Under the pieces are notes generated by a model. It worked only from the letters and a program-made list of their open reading frames with translations, had not been told where the DNA came from and searched no databases. From Eubacteriales bacterium (GTDB lineage Bacteria > Bacillota > Clostridia > Oscillospirales > CAG-382): DNA of 64,000 nucleotides. Every line of letters starts with the position of its first letter. Position 1 is the first letter of the stretch. This document shows positions 54,569-64,000 of this stretch, piece by piece. Both the position numbers and the translations under genes were made by a program. The DNA lies in contig JAQVPJ010000008.1 in NCBI GenBank assembly GCA_028702135.1, positions 11,861 through 75,860 on the forward strand, in the 5' to 3' direction.

Positions 54569-55528
54569 TTACCTGAATAACGCCTTTACCTTGGCAGCTA
54601 TTCCCGCTGCGTTAAGATTAAAGTAATCGAGAAGCTCGGCGGCTTTTCCGCTGGTTCCGAAGCAGTCCTCGATTCCAACCCTTGCCATTCTTGTCGGACA
54701 TAGCTCGCTTGTAACCTCAGCAACTGCACTTCCCAAACCACCGATGACAGTATGTTCCTCAGCAGTTACAATCCTGCCCGTCTTTTCGGCGTATTTTACT
54801 ATTATTTCCTTATCAATCGGTTTTATCGTATGAATATTTATAACAGCCGCATCTATACCCTCCGCGGTAAGCAAATCTCTTGCCTCAAGAGCAGCTGCGT
54901 TCATAATTCCTGTTGCAAAAATGGCGACGTCGCTGCCGTCTGCGAGCACGATACCCTTACCAAGCTCAAAGCTGTAGTTTTCCTTGTCAAAGATTACAGG
55001 AACCGCAAACCTTCCCAGTCTCATATAAACCGGACCGTCGTGATTGAGAATCGCCTCTACCGCAGCATATGCCTCGGTTGCGTCGGCAGGGTTGATCACA
55101 GTCATTTGCGGGACCGAACGCATAAGTGCAATATCCTCACAGAATTGATGAGTCGCTCCGTCCTCGCCCACGGTAACACCGGCGTGAGAAGCGCATATTT
55201 TTACGTTTAATTCCGGATAAGCAACGGAATTGCGTATCTGTTCAAATGCTCTGCCGCAAGCGAACATTGCGAAAGAGGAAGCGAATGCGGGAGTGCCCGC
55301 TGCAGCGATTCCCGCCGCAATAGAGATCATATTTTGCTCGGCAATACCGCAATTAATAAACCTTTCAGGGTATTTCTCTCCGAAAATCGCCGTCTGTGTA
55401 GAGCCTGACAGGTCAGCATCCAAAACAAAAAAGCTGTATTTTTCACCGAGGTTGGCAAGTGCGTTTCCGTATGCTGCACGGGTTGCTACGCGTTTGGAGT
55501 TTTTATCCGCTAAAATCATATTACCCAT
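54569..55528 (-). CDS. transketolase, C-terminal (pyrimidine-binding) subunit
   Basis: 319 aa. Part of a split transketolase, overlapping the upstream N-terminal subunit gene. Confidence 0.92.
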   Translation of the reverse strand: MGNMILADKNSKRVATRAAYGNALANLGEKYSFFVLDADLSGSTQTAIFGEKYPERFINCGIAEQNMISIAAGIAAAGTPAFASSFAMFACGRAFEQIRNSVAYPELNVKICASHAGVTVGEDGATHQFCEDIALMRSVPQMTVINPADATEAYAAVEAILNHDGPVYMRLGRFAVPVIFDKENYSFELGKGIVLADGSDVAIFATGIMNAAALEARDLLTAEGIDAAVINIHTIKPIDKEIIVKYAEKTGRIVTAEEHTVIGGLGSAVAEVTSELCPTRMARVGIEDCFGTSGKAAELLDYFNLNAAGIAAKVKALFR

Positions 55529-56375
55529 TTATGCGTGCCTCCCTTGCTTTTTCGTATGCCGCTTTTAACTCTGCGGCTGCTTTTTCGTAATCGTCCTTTT
55601 TTGGAGCTTTTCCGTGCCAGGTGTGGTTGTTTTCCATAAATGAAACACCTTTACCCTTAACGGTATTACATATAATTACACTCGGTTTGTCTGATTTATA
55701 GGCATTATTGACAGCATAGTCTATCTCTTTTATGCTGTGACCGTCTATCACCTGCACATACCAGCTAAAAGCGGCAAATTTTTCGTCAAGCGGTGTCGGG
55801 TTCATAACACTCCTGACATCGCCGTCTATCTGAAGATGGTTATAATCAAGAAAAACTATAAGGTTGTCGAGCTTGTAATGTGCAGCAAACATAGCTGCCT
55901 CCCAGACCTGTCCCTCCTGAGATTCACCGTCACCGATAATAGCAAAGACCTTGTAATCCTCTTTGCAACGCTTTGCCTTTATCGCCATTCCGCAGGCAGC
56001 GGAAATTCCCTGTCCCAAAGAGCCGGTGGACATATCCACTCCGGGTATCTTATACATTACGGGATGTCCCTGAAGCCTGCTGCCGAGGTGGCGGAAAGTA
56101 GGTATCTCCGTCTCCGGAAAAAAACCTCTCATCGCAAGTACCGAATACAAAGCGGGGCAGGCATGCCCTTTTGACAGAACCATTCTGTCTCTGTCCGGCT
56201 TTTGTGGATTCTTGGGGTCGATGTTCATTTTTTCAAAATAGAGATAAGCAAGTATTTCAGCAATTGATAGTGAGCCCCCGGGATGACCCGACTCGGCGTT
56301 ATAGACAGCATCCAGGGATAAGCAACGAATCCCGGCAGCTGCTTCATCAAGGCAAAGTAGCTTTTCTCTTTCCAT
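55521..56375 (-). CDS. transketolase, N-terminal (TPP-binding) subunit
   Basis: 284 aa with SGHPGGSLS and the GDGESQEGQVWEA TPP motif. Confidence 0.92.
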   Translation of the reverse strand: MEREKLLCLDEAAAGIRCLSLDAVYNAESGHPGGSLSIAEILAYLYFEKMNIDPKNPQKPDRDRMVLSKGHACPALYSVLAMRGFFPETEIPTFRHLGSRLQGHPVMYKIPGVDMSTGSLGQGISAACGMAIKAKRCKEDYKVFAIIGDGESQEGQVWEAAMFAAHYKLDNLIVFLDYNHLQIDGDVRSVMNPTPLDEKFAAFSWYVQVIDGHSIKEIDYAVNNAYKSDKPSVIICNTVKGKGVSFMENNHTWHGKAPKKDDYEKAAAELKAAYEKAREARING

Positions 56376-56448
56376 ATAAAAATTCCTTTTCTTCGGCGAT
56401 GCTGTTTTTATTGACAGCGTTCATCCAGTCGCCGATCGGATGAACGTT

Positions 56449-57366
56449 TTAATATGCTCTCTTTAATTTTTCAAGCACGGCTTCAAAAAAATCCGGTCTT
56501 TCCGCCTCAAAAACCATCCTTTCACCGGTTTTAGGGTGATCAAAACCTATACGGCATGCAAAAAGACACTGACCCTGCAGTTTAAATGTGTTTTTTGTGT
56601 CGCCGTAAACATTGTCCCCCACAACGGGATGTCCGATCGACGCCATATGCACGCGTATCTGGTGCGTTCTACCGGTTTTCAGGGTAAGCTCCAAATGTGT
56701 ATATCCGTTGAATCTCTGAAAAACTCTGTAAAAAGTAATCGCCTCTTTAGAGTTTTTTTCTGTGACCGCCATTTTTTTGCGATCGGTTTTATGTCTGCCT
56801 ATCGGTCTTTCTATGGTTCCGCTGTCATCAGTTATATTGCCCAAAACAACCGCTTCATATTTTCTTTCAAAGGAATGTGTCGAAATCTGCTTGGCAAGTG
56901 ATATGTGCGCATCATCTGTTTTTGCAACGATTAAAAGACCGGCGGTGTTTTTATCAATGCGATGCACGATTCCAGGTCGGATTTTACCGTTTATCGTGGA
57001 TAATCTTCCGGCGCAGTGGAAAAGAAGCGCATTTACTAACGTCCCGTCGGGGTTTCCGGCGGCGGGATGCACTACCATTCCCTGTGGCTTGTTGACTACT
57101 AAAAGAGAATCGTCCTCATAAATTATCTCAACAGGAATATCCTGCGGTAAAGCTTCTATCGCACGGAGTTCCGGCAATTCCGCTTCAATGACCTCTCCAC
57201 CCTTAATAAGATAGTTTTTTGCAATATTACAGCCGTTGACCTTTACACGCAGAGTAGCTATAAGCTCCTGCGCCAAGGAACGGCTGATCGAAAGCTTTTC
57301 CGAAAGATATGAATCGATTCTTTTTGCCTTATCGCTCGGGAGTGTGTGTAATATCATCGTCATCAC
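56449..57366 (-). CDS. rluD: RluA-family 23S rRNA pseudouridine synthase (RluD-like, with S4 domain)
   Basis: HRIDKNTAGLLIVAK catalytic motif and an S4-like N-terminus. Follows lspA, as in Bacillus. Confidence 0.9.
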   Translation of the reverse strand: MMTMILHTLPSDKAKRIDSYLSEKLSISRSLAQELIATLRVKVNGCNIAKNYLIKGGEVIEAELPELRAIEALPQDIPVEIIYEDDSLLVVNKPQGMVVHPAAGNPDGTLVNALLFHCAGRLSTINGKIRPGIVHRIDKNTAGLLIVAKTDDAHISLAKQISTHSFERKYEAVVLGNITDDSGTIERPIGRHKTDRKKMAVTEKNSKEAITFYRVFQRFNGYTHLELTLKTGRTHQIRVHMASIGHPVVGDNVYGDTKNTFKLQGQCLFACRIGFDHPKTGERMVFEAERPDFFEAVLEKLKRAY

Positions 57367-57871
57367 TATCTCTCTCTACAGTTTTCGCCGCTCCGGCTTT
57401 TTTGGAAGCGTTGAATGTTCTATCGTAAAAAATAAGATAAACGCCCAATATAATCGCACCGAAGGTAATAAACATATCTGCGACGTTGAAAATAGCGAAC
57501 TCCACAAATGTAAACTCAAAGAAATCGACAACGGTATACCTGAAAATGCGGTCTATCATATTGCCAATACCGCCACCGAGAATAAAGGCAAGGCCGATCG
57601 TCAAAAGGGTATGCCTCTTTTTGTTGAGAAGTAAAAATATTATAATCCCTATTATTGCAACTGCAGAAAGAAGCATAAACACCCAGCGGCTATCGGAAAA
57701 CATTCCGAAGGATGCTCCCTCGTTTTCAACATGCGTCAGATTTATAAACCACGGGATAAAACCTACTTCTGTATGGAGCGGAATAAACTGTGTGACAAGA
57801 TACTTTGTTATCTGGTCGAGTGTGACAACAGCAAAAACGATGATTAGCGTTAACATGTTACGCTTTTGCAT
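57329..57871 (-). CDS. lspA: lipoprotein signal peptidase II
   Basis: TM-rich protein of about 180 aa with NEGASFG and FNVADMFIT motifs. ATG 57871 is preferred to TTG 57880. Confidence 0.9.
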   Translation of the reverse strand: MQKRNMLTLIIVFAVVTLDQITKYLVTQFIPLHTEVGFIPWFINLTHVENEGASFGMFSDSRWVFMLLSAVAIIGIIIFLLLNKKRHTLLTIGLAFILGGGIGNMIDRIFRYTVVDFFEFTFVEFAIFNVADMFITFGAIILGVYLIFYDRTFNASKKAGAAKTVERDSDDDDITHTPER

Positions 57872-60660
57872 CTCGAACAAATCGGCTGCCCCTGCTCGTC
57901 ATGGAAAACATTATCGAAATATGTCCAGCATCTAACACACTTTTCGCCATCTGCATTACCAACCGAAACAGCAATTCCGCTTTCGGTTTCAGTAAAGGCA
58001 TCGGCTGCAGGCTTTTCATAACTTAGCTCGACTTTGCTTACAATGAATATTGTTTCAAGAAGCTCCTTGTTATTCTCCAGCAGCTTCATCGTTTCGTTAT
58101 CCTTATCTCCGTATATTTTTATTTTAGCCTCAAGTGACTTGCCGATCGCTTTGTTAGCTCTTGCAATCTCAAGCGCTTTCATAACATCATCCCGGTGCTC
58201 AAAAAGTGCGTTATATTTTTCCTCCGCCTCATCAAAGCATAGTTTTTCATCAAAAACAGGCATCTCGTTGTAAAACACACTGCTTGCGTTATCGCTGTCC
58301 ATATGGCTTATATACGACCAACCCTCCTCGGCGGTAAAGGACAGTATAGGCGCAAGAAGCCTCAGCAGAGAAATCGCAATGAGATACATCGCTGTCTGAG
58401 CACTCCGGCGCTCCTTTGAGTCTTTACGCTCGCAGTAGAGTCTGTCTTTTGTTATGTCTATATATAATTTTGAAAGCTCTATAGAGCAGTAATTATGAAT
58501 ATCGTGGTAAATCAAGTGGAACTGATATGAATCGTACGCACTCCTTACCCTACGAACAAGACGGTTGAGCTTGGAAACCGCCCACTTGTCGATATCGATA
58601 AGCTCATCAAGCGGCAACATATTCCTGTTTGGATTGAAATCCGTGTCGGGAGAGCCGAGATTTGCGAGCAAAATTCGCAGAGTGTTGCGGATTTTACGGT
58701 ATATCTCAGAGAGCTGTTTTAAAATCTCATGCGACATGCGTACATCAGATGTATACTCAACCGAGGAAACCCAAAGTCTCAGCACATCTGCACCATATTC
58801 TTTTATAACCTCCTGCGGATCGATGACGTTTCCGAGAGATTTTGACTGTTTTTTGCCCTCTCCGTCAACCACCATTCCGTGAGTGATTACCGTTTTGTAA
58901 GGAGCAACTCCTCTTGTCGCAACGCTTGTAAGCAACGAGGACTGGAACCATCCCCTGTACTGGTCGTTGCCCTCAAGGTAAACATCCGCAGGGAACCTGT
59001 GATCCGGATATTCATCAAGCACAAAGGCATATGAAGAGCCGGAATCGAACCATACATCCATGATATCCTGCTCCGCGCGAAGCTTTCTGCTTCCGCACTT
59101 GGGACATTCAGCCGCGTCGCCGAGTATCTCCTCCGGCGTATATTTACACCAGGCACCGGATCCCTCTTTGTCAAAAAGCTCCGCTATCCGGTCTATAGTT
59201 TTCTCGCTCAAAATAGGTTCTTTACAGTCCTCACAATAAAAAATCGGAATCGGAACGCCCCATTTGCGCTGACGTGAAATACACCAATCGGAACGATCCC
59301 TTACCATATTTTCAATGCGAACCTCGCCCCATGCGGGTATCCAGTTCACGCTCTTTATTGCCTCAAGCGCTTTATCCTTAAATCCATCTATCGAACAGAA
59401 CCACTGCTCTGTTGCGCGGAAGAGTATGGGAGATTTGCACCGCCAGCAATGAGGATACTGATGGATGATCTGCTCCATTGTGAGAAGGTTGCCGCTCTCT
59501 TTAAGCGTCTCTAATATGGATTTGTTCGCCTCTGAAGTCGTCTGCCCCTCAAACTGTCCCGCAAGCGAAGTCATCCTGCCCTTTTCATCGACGGGGACGA
59601 CTACGGGGAGTTCGGGATAATTTTTGCAAACGATAAAGTCGTCGACGCCGTGACCGGGTGCTGTATGCACGCAACCTGTTCCGCTTTCAAGCGTTACGTG
59701 TGCGCCATTTATAACAAGGCTCTCCCTGTCAAGGAAAGGATGTGCCGTTTTAATTCTCTCAAGCTGCGAACCCTTGAATTCCGCAACCGCGTAAAGCTCA
59801 TTTATTCCTGCAGCTTTTTTTACACTTTCCGCAAGCTCTGTCGCTATAAGAATATATTCGCCGTTCGTTTTGTAAAGAGTATAGGAAAAATCAGCATTAA
59901 GGCAAATAGCCACGTTACCGGGCAATGTCCATGTAGTTGTGGTCCATATTACAAAAAACACATTGTCGAGCTTGCCGGTGAAGGGAGTGAACAGACCCTT
60001 GTCATCGGTAACCCTAAACTTTACATATATGCTGTCGCACTCGTCCTCGGCATACTCAATCTCCGCTTCGGCAAGAGCCGTCTCGTCGTGAGGGCACCAA
60101 TAAACAGGCTTTAATCCTTTATAAATATAGCCTTTGCGAGCCATTTCTCCGAAAATACGTATCTGTTTGGATTCAAAGCGGGGCAATAACGTAAGGTATG
60201 AGTTTTCCCAATCGCCGATAACGCCAATCCGCTGCTGCTGCTCCATCTGACGTGCGACGTTCTCACGGGCAAACCGTTCGCATCTTGCGCGGAATTCGGT
60301 GACACTTACATCAGTGCCGACCTGTCCGTGTTTTTTTATCATCTGATTTTCTATCGGAAGCCCGTGTGTATCCCAGCCGTGAATATACGGCGCTTTGTAT
60401 CCGCCCATATTGCGGCTTTTTATGATAAAATCCTTTAACAGCTTATTGAGTGCGTGGCCTATGTGCATATCCCCGTTTGCATACGGTGGCCCGTCGTGCA
60501 TAACGAACAAGGGCTTACCCTCATTTGCCCTCAATATACCGTGATATAGATCCTCTTTGTCCCATTTAGCCTTTATTTCCGGCTCCTTTAAGGGAAGATT
60601 TGCCCTCATCGGAAAATCCGTAGAGGGCAGATTTAATGTATCTTTATAATCTGCTTGCAT
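57850..60660 (-). CDS. ileS: isoleucine--tRNA ligase
   Basis: HIGH (MHIGHAL) and KMSKS (KQSKSLGN) motifs and a C-terminal zinc finger. The start is set at MQADYKDTLNLPSTDFPMRANL (ATG 60660), the canonical IleS N-terminus. Confidence 0.96.
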   Translation of the reverse strand: MQADYKDTLNLPSTDFPMRANLPLKEPEIKAKWDKEDLYHGILRANEGKPLFVMHDGPPYANGDMHIGHALNKLLKDFIIKSRNMGGYKAPYIHGWDTHGLPIENQMIKKHGQVGTDVSVTEFRARCERFARENVARQMEQQQRIGVIGDWENSYLTLLPRFESKQIRIFGEMARKGYIYKGLKPVYWCPHDETALAEAEIEYAEDECDSIYVKFRVTDDKGLFTPFTGKLDNVFFVIWTTTTWTLPGNVAICLNADFSYTLYKTNGEYILIATELAESVKKAAGINELYAVAEFKGSQLERIKTAHPFLDRESLVINGAHVTLESGTGCVHTAPGHGVDDFIVCKNYPELPVVVPVDEKGRMTSLAGQFEGQTTSEANKSILETLKESGNLLTMEQIIHQYPHCWRCKSPILFRATEQWFCSIDGFKDKALEAIKSVNWIPAWGEVRIENMVRDRSDWCISRQRKWGVPIPIFYCEDCKEPILSEKTIDRIAELFDKEGSGAWCKYTPEEILGDAAECPKCGSRKLRAEQDIMDVWFDSGSSYAFVLDEYPDHRFPADVYLEGNDQYRGWFQSSLLTSVATRGVAPYKTVITHGMVVDGEGKKQSKSLGNVIDPQEVIKEYGADVLRLWVSSVEYTSDVRMSHEILKQLSEIYRKIRNTLRILLANLGSPDTDFNPNRNMLPLDELIDIDKWAVSKLNRLVRRVRSAYDSYQFHLIYHDIHNYCSIELSKLYIDITKDRLYCERKDSKERRSAQTAMYLIAISLLRLLAPILSFTAEEGWSYISHMDSDNASSVFYNEMPVFDEKLCFDEAEEKYNALFEHRDDVMKALEIARANKAIGKSLEAKIKIYGDKDNETMKLLENNKELLETIFIVSKVELSYEKPAADAFTETESGIAVSVGNADGEKCVRCWTYFDNVFHDEQGQPICSRCKSVTC

Positions 60661-60769
60661 ACTTAAAACCAAGAACCGCTCTTTCTTTCCGGTCCTTACC
60701 TTTCGGTTCCTATGGAACATTTGTAGTTAACTTTTTTACGTATAAAAAAGTCAGAACAGTGTATTATTG

Positions 60770-61522
60770 CTACTGCTCGTCATCTTCCTGCATGGCGCGG
60801 ATAAATTCGTCTTCACCATCTTCAGTAAGGTCGTTCTCTATTGCCGCATCCTCTTTTATGAACGCATCCATAATATCCGCTTCGGCAGCTTCCGGTTTAT
60901 CCTCGGGAACAGGTTCACCCTCCGGCTCCGGCTCTGTATTTGTGACCGCCGCGGGATCCTCCGCTATCTGATCTTCCGATGCGCTCTTTTTTAGATCGTC
61001 CTCTATCGTGCCCTTAACATCAGTAAAGATTTTCGATATTATAACGTTCTCGTCGGGAAGAACGATATCCTCTATTTCGTTTACGGATAAAGCCTGAAGC
61101 TCCTCAATTTGCTTGCGATAAAGCTCAAAAACGCCTTTCTTGAAGTCGAGGATGCGGGTTCTTATCATCCACATTTCCTCCTTCTCCTTCTGAAGCTCAT
61201 CCTTGAACTCGGCTATTACGGCATCGCATCTATCTTTTATCGCACCCGTGATGATTTCGGCACGCTCGTTTGCGTCCCGGATTATCTTCTCGCTCATCTT
61301 CTGTGCAGAGATAAGGGTGCTGCGGATGGATTCCTCCTCATCCTTTATCTCGTCAAGGTTGTTTACAACAACTCTCAGTTTTCTTTCGAGCTCGTTGTTT
61401 TCTCTGTATGCCTCTGTGTATTTGCCGATAAGAAACTCGATATAATCGTCAACTTCTGCTGCGTTATATCCTTTCAGACTTTTTGAAAAAGCCTTGTTTT
61501 TCAATTCATGAGGTGCAAGCAT
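60770..61522 (-). CDS. divIVA: DivIVA domain-containing cell-division protein
   Basis: The start is set at MLAPHELKNKAFSKSLKGYNAAEVDDYIE (ATG 61522), the canonical DivIVA N-terminal domain. A coiled coil and an acidic C-terminal tail follow. Confidence 0.88.
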   Translation of the reverse strand: MLAPHELKNKAFSKSLKGYNAAEVDDYIEFLIGKYTEAYRENNELERKLRVVVNNLDEIKDEEESIRSTLISAQKMSEKIIRDANERAEIITGAIKDRCDAVIAEFKDELQKEKEEMWMIRTRILDFKKGVFELYRKQIEELQALSVNEIEDIVLPDENVIISKIFTDVKGTIEDDLKKSASEDQIAEDPAAVTNTEPEPEGEPVPEDKPEAAEADIMDAFIKEDAAIENDLTEDGEDEFIRAMQEDDEQ

Positions 61523-61602
61523 CTTTTCTTTCCGTCCTTTCCGCCCGGTTTTCAAGTCGAAATTTTTCTATTACGAGGGGTTTATAAAGCTCGTAATTTA
61601 TA

Positions 61603-61887
61603 TCAAAGGTAATGAGTTATTGTCGGAAGCATCAATCTTACGATTGACAGCAGAATAAAGGTGGCTAAATAGGAAAAATCCAGAGGACTTTCGGATAAAG
61701 CGTCTATACGGGATAAAACACTGCGAACCGGAGCAACAACCGGCTCGGTAAGGGCATAACAAAACTGATAGGTCTTGGATTCCTCATCGGAAAACACCTG
61801 AACAAGCACCCTTGCCAAAATCAAATAACTCAAGGCGGTGACAAACACCGCCACAGTTGATGTTAATACTGCTATAAGTTCTGCCAA
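61603..61887 (-). CDS. YggT family membrane protein
   Basis: 94 aa with two TM helices, positioned between sepF and divIVA. Confidence 0.85.
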   Translation of the reverse strand: MAELIAVLTSTVAVFVTALSYLILARVLVQVFSDEESKTYQFCYALTEPVVAPVRSVLSRIDALSESPLDFSYLATFILLSIVRLMLPTITHYL

Positions 61888-61921
61888 AATGAATTCACCT
61901 TTTTAATGTTCTGTAAGTCAG

Positions 61922-62368
61922 TTAAAAAAGCTCTCTTTGCGACCTGACTTCCTGCTGCTCGGGCTGGTCGCCCGAAACATCGACGTTTTTAGGTGTGATT
62001 ATATAAGTCGAGTTTGCGACGCGTTTAATCTGTCCCTCTATGGCAAAAGCAACACCGGAGCAGAAATCAATGATTCTTCTGACGGTTTCCTTGTTTGTAT
62101 CCTCAAGGTTAAGTACAACAGTTCGGCGTGCCAAAAGATGATCGCCTATCAATGTAACCGATTCAAATCTTTCGGGCTTAATTACTTTCATCTCAAGTGC
62201 GGACGACGAACCTATACCCCCGGTAGCTCTCATGGGCGCAGCCTGACGCGCCGCCATCTGCGGTGCAGACTGATCCTCGGGTATCTCCTCCTCATAGCCG
62301 CTCTCATAGCCTTCCTCGTATTCTTCCTCGTTCTTGAATAAATCAGAAAAACGATTGAACAGTCCCAT
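61922..62368 (-). CDS. sepF: cell division protein SepF
   Basis: 148 aa. The C-terminal domain (VVLNLEDTNKETVRRIIDFCSGVAFAIEGQIKRV) is typical of SepF. Confidence 0.9.
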   Translation of the reverse strand: MGLFNRFSDLFKNEEEYEEGYESGYEEEIPEDQSAPQMAARQAAPMRATGGIGSSSALEMKVIKPERFESVTLIGDHLLARRTVVLNLEDTNKETVRRIIDFCSGVAFAIEGQIKRVANSTYIITPKNVDVSGDQPEQQEVRSQRELF

Positions 62369-62442
62369 AGTAAACCTCCAGTTATTTTATAAAAAATACT
62401 CTTTGTTTCTTTTTTAAGAACCCGTTTAAATCAACGATACGG

Positions 62443-63123
62443 TCATTGTCTATCCCTCTCGCCGAATATAGCCGAACCGATACGCACAAGATTTGATCCG
62501 TTTTCCACCGCGGACATATAATCGCCGCTCATACCTATCGATAATAAACCTATAGTATCATTATCTACTATTTTATGAGATATGTCAATGAATTTTTTGC
62601 TTATTTTCTTAAAATAAACACTGTTTCCGTAAGAATTTTCGCTTTTTGGAGGAATTGACATCAATCCCCGCAGTCTCAAATTATCAAAACTGCGTATTTT
62701 TCCTACAAATTCATCGATTTCTTCGAATAAAATGCCCGACTTTGTAGGTTCATTCGCGATGTTGACCTCGATAAGCACATCCATCCGCTTTCCGGCTTTA
62801 TACGCCTGGCGGTCAATCTCCTGTGCAAGCCTCAGACTGTCAACCGAATGAATAAGGCTAACCTTATCTATTATATATTTTACCTTGTTTGTCTGCAGAT
62901 GCCCGATAAAATGCAGCTCGAGCCGCTCTCTGTCTATTTGCCCGTACTTTTCCATCAACTCGTTTACTCTGTTTTCCCCGACTACCCGTATTCCGCAGTC
63001 TGCGGCATGATTTATTATATCCGGAGGAACTGTCTTTGTTGCGGCAAGCAAAGTAGCCCTGCTTGCAAGCTCCTTTGTGATGCGTTCGATATTCGATTTT
63101 ATCAAGGCCTTATCATATATCAT
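62443..63123 (-). CDS. YggS/YlmE family pyridoxal-phosphate homeostasis protein
   Basis: 226 aa with LLAATKTV (PLP lysine), FIGHLQTNKVK and SIGMSGDY. Confidence 0.92.
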   Translation of the reverse strand: MIYDKALIKSNIERITKELASRATLLAATKTVPPDIINHAADCGIRVVGENRVNELMEKYGQIDRERLELHFIGHLQTNKVKYIIDKVSLIHSVDSLRLAQEIDRQAYKAGKRMDVLIEVNIANEPTKSGILFEEIDEFVGKIRSFDNLRLRGLMSIPPKSENSYGNSVYFKKISKKFIDISHKIVDNDTIGLLSIGMSGDYMSAVENGSNLVRIGSAIFGERDRQ

Positions 63124-63139
63124 ATTTGCCGCTTTCCGT

Positions 63140-64000
63140 TTATGTTAATATTTTTCCGGCATAAATGTTTCTGCCCGAGGTGATAACCTGATCATATAGA
63201 GAAACGCTGTTATCCGAAACATATGCTTTATCTTTTCTTGACGGATACTGCGGGTCTACGGGAAGTGCACAGATATAGTAGTCGTTCTGCTCATATAAAA
63301 CAACTGCTTTTTTAAAAATAATCTTGTTACCGTCAAGCGCAAAAACCCCTGTCTGACCGTCAACACTTCTCATCGCGGGTACGGGCACTTTCAATCCCTG
63401 ATAGGTTTTTGCAACAAGCTCCACTTTCTGCGTTCGTGTATAATTAAAGCCGTCCGGCATGAAATTGGTGTTAAAAATCAACACAACCTCGTTTAAATTT
63501 GTCTGGCTTATCGTTCTTTGCAGTTTCATGCCAAGATTTCTGCCCGAGAAGTAGGGAAAAACAAAATCGTAAGTCGAACCCACGGCGTAAGCGCTTGCTG
63601 TCCTTTTATCAACCTTGCATACCAGAAACCATCTTGCGTCAACAACAAGCTTTCCGACCGAATTTTCAATCAGTCTTTGGTCGGGCGTCTCCTTCGCAAG
63701 CTCGTTATATTCCTGTATGGTAAGGTTTTGTAGCTTTTCCATTGTAAAAACATTCTCATACCCATCTATCGCAGAGTAAAAATATCCCGAACTTGTTGTT
63801 GTATGTATAACGCTCGCTCCTGTCAGCGACGCTTCAAGTGAGCTTTTTTCGGTTGTAAGGGAGGCTATCTGTGCTTCGTAGTCTGTCTGCTTATCGGTTT
63901 CGGTCGGCGGCGTTATAAGGGCCTGTCTGCGGTTTATCTGCACGGTAAGATCGTTCTTAAGCCTAAGAGCCTTGTCGAGGTCGTTGTCGTTGACCGCACG
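63140..64000 (-). CDS. HlyD/membrane-fusion-like protein, C-terminal part (open to the window edge)
   Basis: The reading frame has no stop up to position 64000 (RAVNDNDLDKALRLKNDLTVQINRRQ...). It has a coiled-coil segment followed by a beta-rich C-terminal domain. The family call is tentative. Confidence 0.45.
   Translation of the reverse strand, partial: RAVNDNDLDKALRLKNDLTVQINRRQALITPPTETDKQTDYEAQIASLTTEKSSLEASLTGASVIHTTTSSGYFYSAIDGYENVFTMEKLQNLTIQEYNELAKETPDQRLIENSVGKLVVDARWFLVCKVDKRTASAYAVGSTYDFVFPYFSGRNLGMKLQRTISQTNLNEVVLIFNTNFMPDGFNYTRTQKVELVAKTYQGLKVPVPAMRSVDGQTGVFALDGNKIIFKKAVVLYEQNDYYICALPVDPQYPSRKDKAYVSDNSVSLYDQVITSGRNIYAGKILT

Noticed and set aside
56376-56448. Two hairpins (GTTCATCC-N11-GGATGAAC and GCTGT-N8-ACAGC) lie between rluD and the transketolase genes, as a possible terminator.
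   Set aside because: No U-tract follows either stem, so I cannot call an intrinsic terminator. They may be a processing or stability element, or nothing.
60661-60720. A 20-codon N-terminal extension of ileS (MFHRNRKVRTGKKERFLVLS).
   Set aside because: The canonical IleS N-terminus (M-x-DYK-TLNLP-T-FPMR) starts at ATG 60660. The extension lies in the hairpin-containing spacer.
1-64000. I looked for CRISPR arrays, IS or transposase genes, integrases, phage genes, toxin-antitoxin pairs and known defence-system hallmarks.
   Set aside because: No regularly spaced direct repeats were seen. No ORF has transposase, recombinase, nuclease-helicase or TA-like features. The only short repeats are the 9-mer pair upstream of hom and the promoter-proximal palindromes already listed.

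Overview
The window looks like a chromosomal segment from a moderate-GC Firmicute, most likely a member of the Clostridia. Supporting features are a split transketolase, NfnAB, an Rnf complex, YtvI, an SLH-anchored protein, and a ylmE-sepF-yggT-divIVA-ileS-lspA-rluD block. I call about 60 CDS, one tRNA-Glu(CUC), several near-consensus sigma-A promoters, and several intrinsic terminators. I saw no rRNA, CRISPR array, transposase, integrase or phage genes.

Most of the window is housekeeping:
- pyrimidine operon pyrC-carA-carB-pyrK-pyrD-pyrF-pyrE (1-8083)
- glyQS
- hom
- nfnAB
- an mtaD-ahcY-deoD SAH-salvage trio
- nadA
- a 12-gene apbE / NusG-II / Gx-transporter / rnfCDGEAB / ldhA operon (37.2-45.2 kb)
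- a translation and cell-division block (50.9-64 kb)

The accessory or unusual parts:
1. At 45.3-49.4 kb, an ECF-like sigma is coupled to a membrane anti-sigma. The anti-sigma ectodomain is two tandem copies of the pro-region module of the convergent neighbouring subtilase. That subtilase appears to carry Glu in place of the catalytic Asp and has a degenerate His motif.
2. At 12.3-17.5 kb, two ABC exporter half-transporters flank a DUF1854 gene. Each has an N-terminal cytoplasmic beta-rich domain and a 4-Cys zinc ribbon. A hairpin-rich leader of about 250 nt and a strongly SD-preceded 50-codon ORF lie upstream.
3. At 20.8-25.6 kb, there is a tight operon of a membrane-anchored CotH kinase (four lamin-tail domains), a VTC polyphosphate-polymerase-like protein and DUF4956.

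All calls rest on reading the ORF translations and the DNA by eye. No searches or computations were run.
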